From positions 12,593,746-12,626,543 of the forward strand of contig NC_068994.1 of assembly GCF_001194135.2 (NCBI RefSeq): DNA of 32,798 nucleotides, read 5' to 3'. Source of the stretch: Octopus bimaculoides. Its lineage: Eukaryota. Shown here piece after piece: positions 11,371 to 20,255 of this stretch. How positions within the stretch are numbered: position 1 is the first letter of the stretch; each line of letters opens with the position of its first letter. The notes under the pieces are model-generated. The model worked only from the letters and a program-made list of their open reading frames with translations. It was not told the origin of the DNA and did no database searches. Position numbers and translations under genes: made by a program.

Positions 11371-12700
11371 CGGGGGTTTTCAAACTTTTTGACTTCATCA
11401 TCATCATCGTTTAACGTCCGCTTTCCATGCTAGCATGGGTTGGACGATTTGACTGAGGACTGGTGAAACCGGATGGCAACACCAGGCTCCAGTCTGATTT
11501 GGCAGAGTTTCTACAGCTGGATGCCCTTCCTAACGCCAACCACTCAGAGAGTGTAGTGGGTGCTTTTACGTGTCACCCGCACGAAAACGGCCACGCTCGA
11601 AATGGTGTCTTTTATGTGCCACCCGCACNNNNNNNNNNNNNNNNNNNNNNNNNNNNNNNNNNNNNNNNNNNNNNNNNNNNNNNNNNNNNNNNNNNNNNNN
11701 NNNNNNNNNNNNNNNNNNNNNNNNNNNNNNNNNNNNNNNNNNNNNNNNNNNNNNNNNNNNNNNNNNNNNNNNNNNNNNNNNNNNNNNNNNNNNNNNNNNN
11801 NNNNNNNNNNNNNNNNNNNNNNNNNNNNNNNNNNNNNNNNNNNNNNNNNNNNNNNNNNNNNNNNNNNNNNNNNNNNNNNNNNNNNNNNNNNNNNNNNNNN
11901 NNNNNNNNNNNNNNNNNNNNNNNNNNNNNNNNNNNNNNNNNNNNNNNNNNNNNNNNNNNNNNNNNNNNNNNNNNNNNNNNNNNNNNNNNNNNNNNNNNNN
12001 NNNNNNNNNNNNNNNNNNNNNNNNNNNNNNNNNNNNNNNNNNNNNNNNNNNNNNNNNNNNNNNNNNNNNNNNNNNNNNNNNNNNNNNNNNNNNNNNNNNN
12101 NNNNNNNNNNNNNNNNNNNNNNNNNNNNNNNNNNNNNNNNNNNNNNNNNNNNNNNNNNNNNNNNNNNNNNNNNNNNNNNNNNNNNNNNNNNNNNNNNNNN
12201 NNNNNNNNNNNNNNNNNNNNNNNNNNNNNNNNNNNNNNNNNNNNNNNNNNNNNNNNNNNNNNNNNNNNNNNNNNNNNNNNNNNNNNNNNNNNNNNNNNNN
12301 NNNNNNTACTCTGAGTGAGAGTCCCTTTGTCGCCAGCAGGGGTAAGAGCTCTCTAAACTTTGCCCAGGCTATTCTTATTCTAGCAGCTACACTTTCAGCG
12401 CACCCACCCCCACTACTAACTTGGTCGCCCAGATAGCGGAAGCTATCGACTACCTCTAGTTTTTCACCCTGGAATGAGATAGAAGTTGTTTCCTGTTTGT
12501 TTGCAGTCTTTATTGCACCTGAACATCTGCCACAAACAAAAACTAACTTGCTAGTTAACCTGCCTTTGATGTTGCTGCACCTCTTATGTGTCCATAGCTT
12601 GCACCGGGTACATCTTATAGAGTTACTACCTACTCCTTTTCTACATACTGAGCAGGGCCATCTAGTGCGGACCCCTTTATATTTCAGGCTTTACCAGGGA
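11371..12700. mobile_element. hAT MITE end split by the LINE (pieces 11371-11395 and about 12666-12700)
   Basis: GGGGTTTTCAAACTTTTTGACTT and GCGGACCCCTTTATATTTCAGGCTTTACC are contiguous in the reverse complement of 846-898. Confidence 0.85.
11396..12665 (-). mobile_element. 5'-truncated young RTE-clade LINE (PHD finger + RT thumb + 3' UTR + (GAT)n tail), middle hidden by gap 11629-12306
   Basis: Stop-free minus frame at 12663-12307 (119 codons): RWPCSVCRKGVGSNSIRCTRCKLWTHKRCSNIKGRLTSKLVFVCGRC...GEKLEVVDSFRYLGDQVSSGGGCAESVAARIRIAWAKFRELLPLLATKGLSLRV. The V(D)SFxYLG and ARIxxAWxKFREL motifs are typical of the RTE RT C-terminus and thumb. The tail lies left of the gap. The ORF track missed it because there is no start codon. 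Confidence 0.88.
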
Positions 12701-12885
12701 CACAAACAACCAAAGTATCAGTGTTACATTACAAACAACTCACTGTTGTTTGCACAATGCAATGCCCTCTTTGCCATCAGCACCAATTCACCTGAAGTAC
12801 TGAATCTGAAATTTTAGATAGGCCAAAATAAAACCTACAAGCTAATGTTGTATGCAAGCATTGAGATATCTAGTGACTGCCTTAA

Positions 12886-13262
12886 CCCTTTAGCATTCAA
12901 ATTATTCTGTCAAATATAATGCTTATTCATTCAATTGTTTTGTCTTAATCATGCATCATTTCATAGCTGTGAGATTTTGATGATATGATTGTTTATTTTC
13001 CGATTGACATTGTAGGGTAGGTGTAAGAGACCAAATCTGGCTGGTTTGAACACAAAACAGGTACAATATTTTTGCCAGATCATCATCATCATCATTTAAC
13101 GTCCGCTTTCCATGCTAGCATGGGTTGGACGATTTGACTGAGGACTGGTGAAACCGGATGGCAACACCAGGCTCCAATGTAATTTGGCAGAGTTTCTACA
13201 GTTGGATGCCCTTCCTAACGCCAACCACTCAGAGAGTGTAGGCCAGTTTAAATGCAAAAGGG
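12886..13262. mobile_element. piggyBac-like MITE carrying an RTE tail insertion (13081-13240)
   Basis: TTAA flanks at 12882-12885 and 13263-13266. Termini CCCTTTAGCATT / AATGCAAAAGGG match at 11 of 12 bases. A partial sister copy starts at 26056 after TTAA. Confidence 0.8.
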
Positions 13263-13412
13263 TTAACCCTACAGTTCTGAAAATAAATTCCCAACAGATA
13301 AGTTGACAGACAGTGAATAAGAACGATGGAATAAGTCAATATTAACATGAACATCAAGAAAACCCTCTCCTTGGTATCCATCTTGGCTGAGTTTGAAAAA
13401 GCTAACACTTAC

Positions 13413-13481
13413 TTTGGCATAGGTACTGGTGGGGATAAGATAAGGATCATCTATATAGCGGTATGCCGGAGCTGTATAATC
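13413..13481 (-). CDS. PTCD3: PTCD3 exon 5 (DYTAPAYRYIDDPYLIPTSTYAK)
   Basis: tttcag acceptor and gtaagt donor. 69 nt, phase 0 to 0. Contains the hallmark DDPYL(I/M)P motif (human [23 protein letters not shown]). Confidence 0.96.
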
Positions 13482-14021
13482 CTGAAATGGTAAAAACAAA
13501 ATAGGTTTTCTGAAACTGTTATACATAAAGTAATATTTCTAATACCGACAAAGATCAAACAGGAAACTTAATGCCAAGCTTAATGCCCAGCTCTTCGAAA
13601 CGCCGGTGTTAAAACGGGGGTAGCTGATGAAGTAGAATGTTCTCTATGTGGCTTGTGTGTTTTCTCGTCTACGTTTTGTTTGCAATGTCCTGTACCCAGA
13701 TATGCACCTATACATACAGGTGGATGTCGGTATGCACATACCTGTACGTATATATGCATATACTCATTTACTATTTGTTTTTATATATATATATACATAC
13801 ATACATGGAACTGTAACTCATACAGTTGTAATCGCACATCTAACTGTACACACAAAATATGTGTGGAATATATGAATGTGTGTGCGTGTGTACCTTCAAG
13901 GCAGTACCCCAGCACTGTCATAGTCCAATGACTGAAAACAAATAAAACACAAAGGATCAAAAAAATCAGCAGTCCAACCCATGCCAGCATGGAACTTGGA
14001 TGTTAAATTATGATGATGATG

Positions 14022-14055
<34 letters not shown>

Positions 14056-14433
14056 TATCATTATCATAATCATTATTTAACATCCGTTTTCCCTGCCAGC
14101 TTGACAGAAAGCTGCACCAGGTTGCATAGTCTGTTTGGCTCAGTTTCTACAGCGAATGCTCTTCCCAACACCAACCACTTTATAATATATTCTTCAGCTG
14201 TTTCAAAGCTTATTCCCATTGTTTGAATTGCTGTTTGGGAGAGAAGGAGAATCAAAACTCGATAAAGTAACTCTGTACACTTGAATACACTCGAGAAACA
14301 TTCACTGTAATGACAAGTGGGACTGCAGTATTTATTGACAGGAGATAGATGGTTCAGAGACTCTGAAGACAGTATCCAGTAAGACAATCAAATCTAAGCC
14401 ACATATTTATACTCTTGAAAAACAAACACTCAC

Positions 14434-14479
14434 CTTTCCAACTGTTTGTGACAAGGCTTCCAGAATATCAGTGGGACCT
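14434..14479 (-). CDS. PTCD3: PTCD3 exon 4 (GPTDILEALSQTVGK)
   Basis: atcag acceptor and gtgagt donor. 46 nt, phase 2 to 0. Resembles human DKVAVLQALASTVNR. Confidence 0.92.
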
Positions 14480-14689
14480 CTGATTTTAAAAAGAGAAGAA
14501 AATAAATATGTATAACTAAAATGAGAAAACAGCACAACAATAGATAAAGTGAATATGGGATAGCTATGTATATTCTTCATAGCAAAATGCCTATCTCCAC
14601 TGCTCAAAGACTCCCCTACATAGTCAAGGGTTTTTTTTTCCCTTTCCATCCATTTTCCCATTAGTTCTTTCTTGTCTTGCAAGTCACTT

Positions 14690-14895
14690 GACAAACCCAC
14701 TAGCACCAGTATCATGGGAAAAGCACATAGTATACACTCTAAAGTGGTTTACATGAGGAAGGGCATCCAGCCATAGGGACCATGCCAAAGCTGACATTGC
14801 AACTTAATGTGGTCCTGTGACTCACCAGATCCTGCCAAACCATCCAATCCATGCCAGCATAGAAAAACAGATGCTAAATGATGATGATGATGGTG
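14690..14895 (+). mobile_element. Older RTE-type 3' tail
   Basis: GAAGGGCATCCAG...CCATGCCAGCATAG...(GAT)n. Confidence 0.65.
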
Positions 14896-15264
14896 GTGAT
14901 ATCTGCTAAGCAACGTAATAAATAAAAGCATAGTAATTATATAAATAAAGTGGTCAAAATAAGAGTGGCAAATCTTGTGTGCAAATCTTTTTCTTGCACA
15001 GTGGTTGTGCACTGTGACCCAAAACTATGTGTCTAAGTGTAAGTTGACACCATCGTCATTGTCATCATCCTCGTCCACCTCAATATCATCGTTTCAACGT
15101 CCACTTTTCCATGCCTGCATGGCTCCTATGGGGTTTTCTGAGGCAGATTTTCTAGTCGGATGCCCTTCCTGTCACTAACCCTCACCCATTTCCAAGTAAA
15201 GAAATATTTCCCTAAAGCCAGTATGCTGGAAAATGAATGACACAGTTTGTCTGGTAGTAACAAT

Positions 15265-15480
15265 TATTTACTATTTTCGTTCGGTGGCAAGAGAAGGAGA
15301 CACAAGCACATACACGCACACATACATAGGATGGACTTAAGTTTCTGCTGACCAAATTTACTCAAAAGGCTTTTGTTGACTTGAGGCCATAGTAGAAGAC
15401 ACTTGCCCAAAGTGCCACACAGTGGGATTGAACCTGAAACTACATGGTTGGGAACCAAACTTCTTAACCACACAGCCACA
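15265..15480 (-). mobile_element. SINE family A 5' part
   Basis: Reverse complement of the GGCTGTGTGGT..GGTTCAATCCCACTGTGTGGCACTTTGGGCAAGTGTCTTCTAC head and core. Confidence 0.75.
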
Positions 15481-15953
15481 ACTGCACCTATCAGAAATTA
15501 TAAAATATGTTAGTGTTTTTTTTTTTGGTCCTTTTTTCTTTTCTCCTTTTTTTTTTTTTTGCTTTTAACTTTAAAAAGTTTCAAGCGAAAAACTGGGTTC
15601 CCTGTGTAAAAGGAAAGGAACATATGTATGTACATATGTAGTCCCCTCAGCAGGGTGGTTGGTGTCAGGAAAGGCATCCAACTATAAAAACTATACCAAA
15701 ACAGACACAGAAGTCTGGTGGAGTCGGTAAACTGGCTAGCTCCTTATCAAACTGTCCAACCCATGCACGCATAGAAAGCGGACGTTAAACGATGGTGATG
15801 ATGATAATGTCTATGTGTGTGCGTTATGGTTATCCTTCAACTGGCGTTGCTTTGGGTTCAATTCATTCGACTAGACACGTCAAGGGGGTGCTCCAGCATG
15901 GCCACAGTCCAGTGACCAAGACAAGTAAAACATAAATAGATAAAAACACTTAC

Positions 15954-15993
15954 CTTTTTATTCGCTTGGGTATCACAATTTTCTGGACATCAC
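15954..15993 (-). CDS. PTCD3: PTCD3 exon 3 (DVQKIVIPKRIK)
   Basis: ctttag acceptor and gtaagt donor. 40 nt, phase 1 to 2. Resembles human EEVVIPKKKT (from recall). Confidence 0.9.
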
Positions 15994-16104
15994 CTAAAGG
16001 AATATAGAATATCAAAAGAAATTAAAAACACAAATAATTTGTTGAAGAGTCGTTCAAGATAATTACTGGAAGAATTAATTTAAATTATTAATATCTATTA
16101 TAAG

Positions 16105-16320
16105 TAAGGCAACGAACTGGCAAAATCATTCACATGCCGGGCAAGATGCTTAACGGCAATTCGGCTGTCTCCACATTCTGAGTTCAAATTCTACTGAGGT
16201 CAACTTTGCCTTTCAACCATTCAGAGGTCGATAAAATAAGTACTAGCTGAGCACTGGGGTCAATGTAATTGATTTATCCCTACCCCCGAAATTGCTGGCC
16301 TTGTGCCAAAATTTGAAACG
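16105..16320 (+). mobile_element. SINE family B
   Basis: Homologous to 1081-1312. Confidence 0.75.
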
Positions 16321-16394
16321 AATATATATTATAAGCAACAATATGAGGATTGACTGCTTCTGGTGTGGCATGAACCCTGTTTCTCTTGAATCCA

Positions 16395-16499
16395 CTCACA
16401 AGGCTTTAGTCAGCCCAAGGCTATAGAAGACATTTGCCCAAGGGACTGAACCTGGAATCATGTGGTTGAAAAGCAAGCTTCTTATCACACAGCCATACC

Positions 16500-16547
<48 letters not shown>

Positions 16548-17020
16548 NNNNNNNNNNNNNNNNNNNNNNNNNNNNNNNNNNNNNNNNNNNNNNNNNNNNN
16601 NNNNNNNNNNNNNNNNNNNNNNNNNNNNNNNNNNNNNNNNNNNNNNNNNNNNNNNNNNNNNNNNNNNNNNNNNNNNNNNNNNNNNNNNNNNNNNNNNNNN
16701 NNNNNNNNNNNNNNNNNNNNNNNNNNNNNNNNNNNNNNNNNNNNNNNNNNNNNNNNNNNNNNNNNNNNNNNNNNNNNNNNNNNNNNNNNNNNNNNNNNNN
16801 NNNNNNNNNGGGGGGGGGGACAAACACAGACACACAAACATATGCATATATACATATATATACGACGGGCTTCTTTCAGTTTCCATCTACCAAATCCACT
16901 CACAAGGCTTTGGTCGGCCAAAGGCTATAGTAGAAGACACTTGCCCAAGGTGCCACGCAGTGGGACTGAACCCGGAACCATGTGGTTGATAAGCGAACTA
17001 GTTACCACACAGCCACTCCT
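16395..17020 (-). mobile_element. Two SINE family A pieces (16395-16500 and 16810-17020) around (AT)n and a gap
   Basis: Both are reverse complements of the family A head and core. Confidence 0.75.
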
Positions 17021-17494
17021 ACGTATATGCATGTACGTGTATGTATATATATGTATATATGTATACACACACACACAGATAGATACATAGATACAAATAC
17101 ACACACATGCACAATAGGCTTGTGTACAGTTACCATACACCAAATTTCATTCACAGGCACACTGATCAGCCTGAAGCTATAGTAGTTTACACTTGTCCAA
17201 GGTGCCATACAGTGAACTGAACCTTAAACACTGCAGTATTAATGTGAACTTTGGCCAGAGACAAATAAAGAAAATGATTCAGACCATTACAGCCTATCCT
17301 ATCCGTGCAAGCACGTAATGCAATCACAGAGGATAATGATATACACTGTTTAGCCCTAGTTCAGCCCTGGTCAAAGATGTTTTGGTCAGGCTCTTCCTGT
17401 CTTTTTTGTATATTATTGATAAAATTGTGATTTGAACAAGATTTGGTTGTTATATCTAGCAGGTTAAGTGTATTAGTGATTATCAATTACTTAC

Positions 17495-17589
17495 GTGACT
17501 TCTCCTTTGTTTGTGTTACCACCTGACAGCTGGAGATAACCATGACCGTTTGTTTTAGATGACAGCATGCTGCAAGTTTACTCAAAGAT
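17495..17589 (-). CDS. PTCD3: PTCD3 exon 2 (SLSKLAACCHLKQTVMVISSCQVVTQTKEKS)
   Basis: ttttctctgttttacag acceptor and gtaagt donor. 95 nt, open, phase 2 to 1, linking the flanking exons in frame. The sequence is poorly conserved (presequence), so support is structural. Confidence 0.75.
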
Positions 17590-17720
17590 CTGTAAAACAG
17601 AGAAAATTAAAAGTTATGCTATTTTAACAATTACAAGGGGCATTTAGGCACCAACATTTAATTACAGCTTTTTTAGCACCTCTACGGCAAATATCCATTT
17701 GTATAAAATATGTCTTGTAT

Positions 17721-18190
17721 CATCCTCCTCCTCATCATCATCATTTAACGTCTGCTTTCCATGCTGGCATGGGTTGGATGGTTTGATATGGAGCTGGCTA
17801 GCAGGGAGCTGTCCAGACACCAGTTGTCTGTTGAGGCATGGTTTCAATGGCAAGATGCCCTTCCAAAAGCCAACCAGTTAACAGAGTGTGTTGGGTGTTT
17901 ATGTGCCACCAGCACAGGTGCATTAATGCAGCACCAGCCCAGGTGTTTTTTTAAGTAGCACCAGTACCTGAAAGAACAAGCCTATATGTGTGGAAGACAG
18001 CTATTATACTTAGCTTGATGTATCTTATCAAGTACAGAAAATCGCCACATCTCCCAGTCTCTTGTTATTTCCTCAGTGAGGCCCCGCATCCAAAGATCTT
18101 TTCTCACCACTTTGTTCCACATCTTCCTGGGTCTACTCCTTCCACAGGTACCCTCCATAATTAGAACTCAGCACTTCTTTATGCAGCTGT
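17721..18190 (-). mobile_element. Older RTE-LINE 3' end (ORF C-terminus + UTR + tail)
   Basis: The minus strand reads EDSCIKKC*VLIMEGTCGRSRPRKMWNKVVRKDLWMRGLTEEITRDWEMWRFSVLDKIHQAK, the RTE G-R-RGRP-K-W type C-terminus, followed by a diverged (GAT)n tail. Confidence 0.8.
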
Positions 18191-18197
18191 CCTCATC

Positions 18198-18621
18198 ATC
18201 ATCATCGTTTAACGTCCGCTTTCCATGCTAGCATGGGTTGGACGATTTGACTGAGGACTGGCGAACCAGATGGCTGCACCAGGCTCCAATCTGACCTGGC
18301 AGAGTTTCTACGGCTGGATGCCCTTCCTAACGCCAACCACTCCGAGAGTGTAGTGGGTGCTTTTACGTGCCACCGGCACGAAGGCCAGTCAGGCGGTACT
18401 GGCAACGGCCACGCTCAAATCATGTATTTTACGTGCCACCTGCACAGGAGCCAGTCCAGCGGCACTGGCAACGATCTTGCTCGAATGACTTTTCACGTGC
18501 CACAGGCACAAGTGCCAGCGACTTGACGCTGCGGCACAAATGCCAGGAAAGCGACGTTGGTAACGATCACGCTCGAACATAGATGCCATCACGATTTCGC
18601 TTTCGCTTGCCCCAACAGGTC
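18198..18621 (-). mobile_element. Young RTE-LINE 3' UTR with tandem subrepeats
   Basis: Standard tail plus several TTT(T/A)ACGTGCCAC..GCAC units. Flanked by CCTCATC at 18191-18197 and 18622-18628 (probable TSD). Confidence 0.85.
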
Positions 18622-19558
18622 CCTCATCTGATATATAATTCCTACCAGCAATACACAGGAATATCATTGAGGGTCATTGAAGCAAGCTTCTTACCACACA
18701 GCCACTCCTGCGCCAAGTGTTCTTTCTATCCTGTACCAGTTTTTATTAACAGTTCCTGCGCTCCTCAACACGGTCAGTGCAAAGAATATAGTGTTGATTT
18801 TCTCGTTGGAATAAACCCAGAAGTTCAAAACAAATAAGTAATGGTCCGATTCAGTTTCTGTGCATGCGATTATATCTTTAGAAAATTCAGTATAATTTAG
18901 GACATGTTTAGGGGTTTAGCTAATGCTAAGAATTAGTGGGGCTAATGCAGTTTCAAAAAAATGCATTTTTCAAGGAGAGGTGTGAAACTGCATTATCTCC
19001 GATGAAAGGGCGATGAAAGTATATAAGTATTATAGTCGTTTCCTATTTTACTAACAGATCGATACAATTCGGAAGTGAAACAGAAACAGCGAAATACACT
19101 TCACAGTTCGTTTACATACTACAGCGTGCTTAGTTTGTGCGTAATAAAATAGGAAACAACCAAATTGTTTTACAGGGTAAACAAGTATGAAATAGAAGCT
19201 GTGGCAATGCTGTCTCTCTCAGCTGTGCGCTTGTGCGCACACGTTTTACAACTAACACATAAATGAAAAAACGAGTACATACAACCTTTTCAGGATGAAA
19301 TCCGATTTTTTTTTTGTATAAATTGTTCTTCATATGAATGCACACATAATTTGTAAATATAAACACCAAATTTGCACAGAAGCAAATTTTTTGTGCACAC
19401 TGACAGCAAACAAATTAAAGGGAACGTTGGTAGAGATGAAGCGCTTCGTATAATACAAATCAATCGAGATGAAAGAGATGAGATTTAACAGAAGTATAAA
19501 CTTGATAGAAAATGAATAATGAACAAAATGAAATCAGAGAAAAAAAGAAAGAACGTAC

Positions 19559-19584
19559 TTGAGACTTAGTATTGTAGACGACAT
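19559..19584 (-). CDS. PTCD3: PTCD3 probable first coding exon (MSSTILSL + AA of split Lys codon)
   Basis: ATG in gcaATGt context and GTACGT donor. It ends in phase 2 and joins in frame to the phase-2 start of the next exon. The joined N-terminus is Ser/Leu/Lys-rich with no acidic residues, like a mitochondrial presequence. Lies in a CpG-richer region. Confidence 0.7.
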
Positions 19585-19700
19585 TGCTAGGACACCAAGT
19601 TCGCCATGCAGGGGTCAAATCTGTTAAACACGTGACTACAACATCCGGTTTGCGAAACCGGGTTGTCGGAAAGTTAATGGGTCCAAGTCGTTGAGGAAAC
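19585..19700 (-). promoter_or_regulatory. Probable PTCD3 5' UTR / core promoter
   Basis: Locally CpG-rich sequence directly upstream of the ATG. It contains CACGTG (19629-19634), ACTACAACATCCG resembling the ACTACAnnnCCC housekeeping motif, and a CCGGTTT-GCG-AAACCGG inverted repeat. The TSS cannot be determined. Confidence 0.5.
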
Positions 19701-19886
19701 AGATACAAGTTTACATCTTGTACTAATTATTGACTTGATCATAAATAAATAAAGTTAAAAAGAAATATGGAACACTCTGCTTTTAGGAACCTTAGCTGAA
19801 CCGGTGTCATTGGTAATTCTTTTCCTGTAAACATCGCTGAATGTTACCGGTGCTAATATATGTCAAATGTAATTGATGAAGGATTT

Positions 19887-20255
19887 TTGTTGTTGTTGTT
19901 GGCACTCCGTCGCTTACGACGTCGAGGGTTCCAGCTGATCCGATCAACGGAACAGCCTGCTCGTGAAATTAACGTGCAAGTGGCTGAGCACTCCACAGAC
20001 ACGTGTACTCTTAACGCAGTTCTCGGGGATATTCAGTGTGACAAGGCTGACCCTTTGAATTACAGGCACAACAGAAACAAGAAGTAAGAGTGAGAGAAAG
20101 TTGTGGTGAAAGAGTACAGCAGGGTTCGCCACCATCCCCTGCCGGAGCGTCGTGGAGCTTTTAGGTGTTTTCACTCAATAAACACTCACAACGCCCGGTC
20201 TGGGAATCGAAACCGCGAGTCCGCTGCCCTGACCACTGGGCCATTGCACCTCCAC
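19887..20255 (-). mobile_element. Full-length SINE family C (tRNA head, (AAC)n tail)
   Basis: The minus-strand head reads GTGGAGGTGCAATGGCCCAGTGGTCAGGGCAGCGGACTCGCGGTTTCGATTCCCAG. 12-bp TSD GATGAA(G/A)GATTT at 19875-19886 and 20256-20267. Confidence 0.9.

Noticed and set aside
13269-13412. Open frame continuing past exon 5 (VSVSFFKL...HRSYSLS)
   Set aside because: A consensus gtaagt donor sits at the conserved boundary. The read-through is intronic and shows no sustained PTCD3 similarity.
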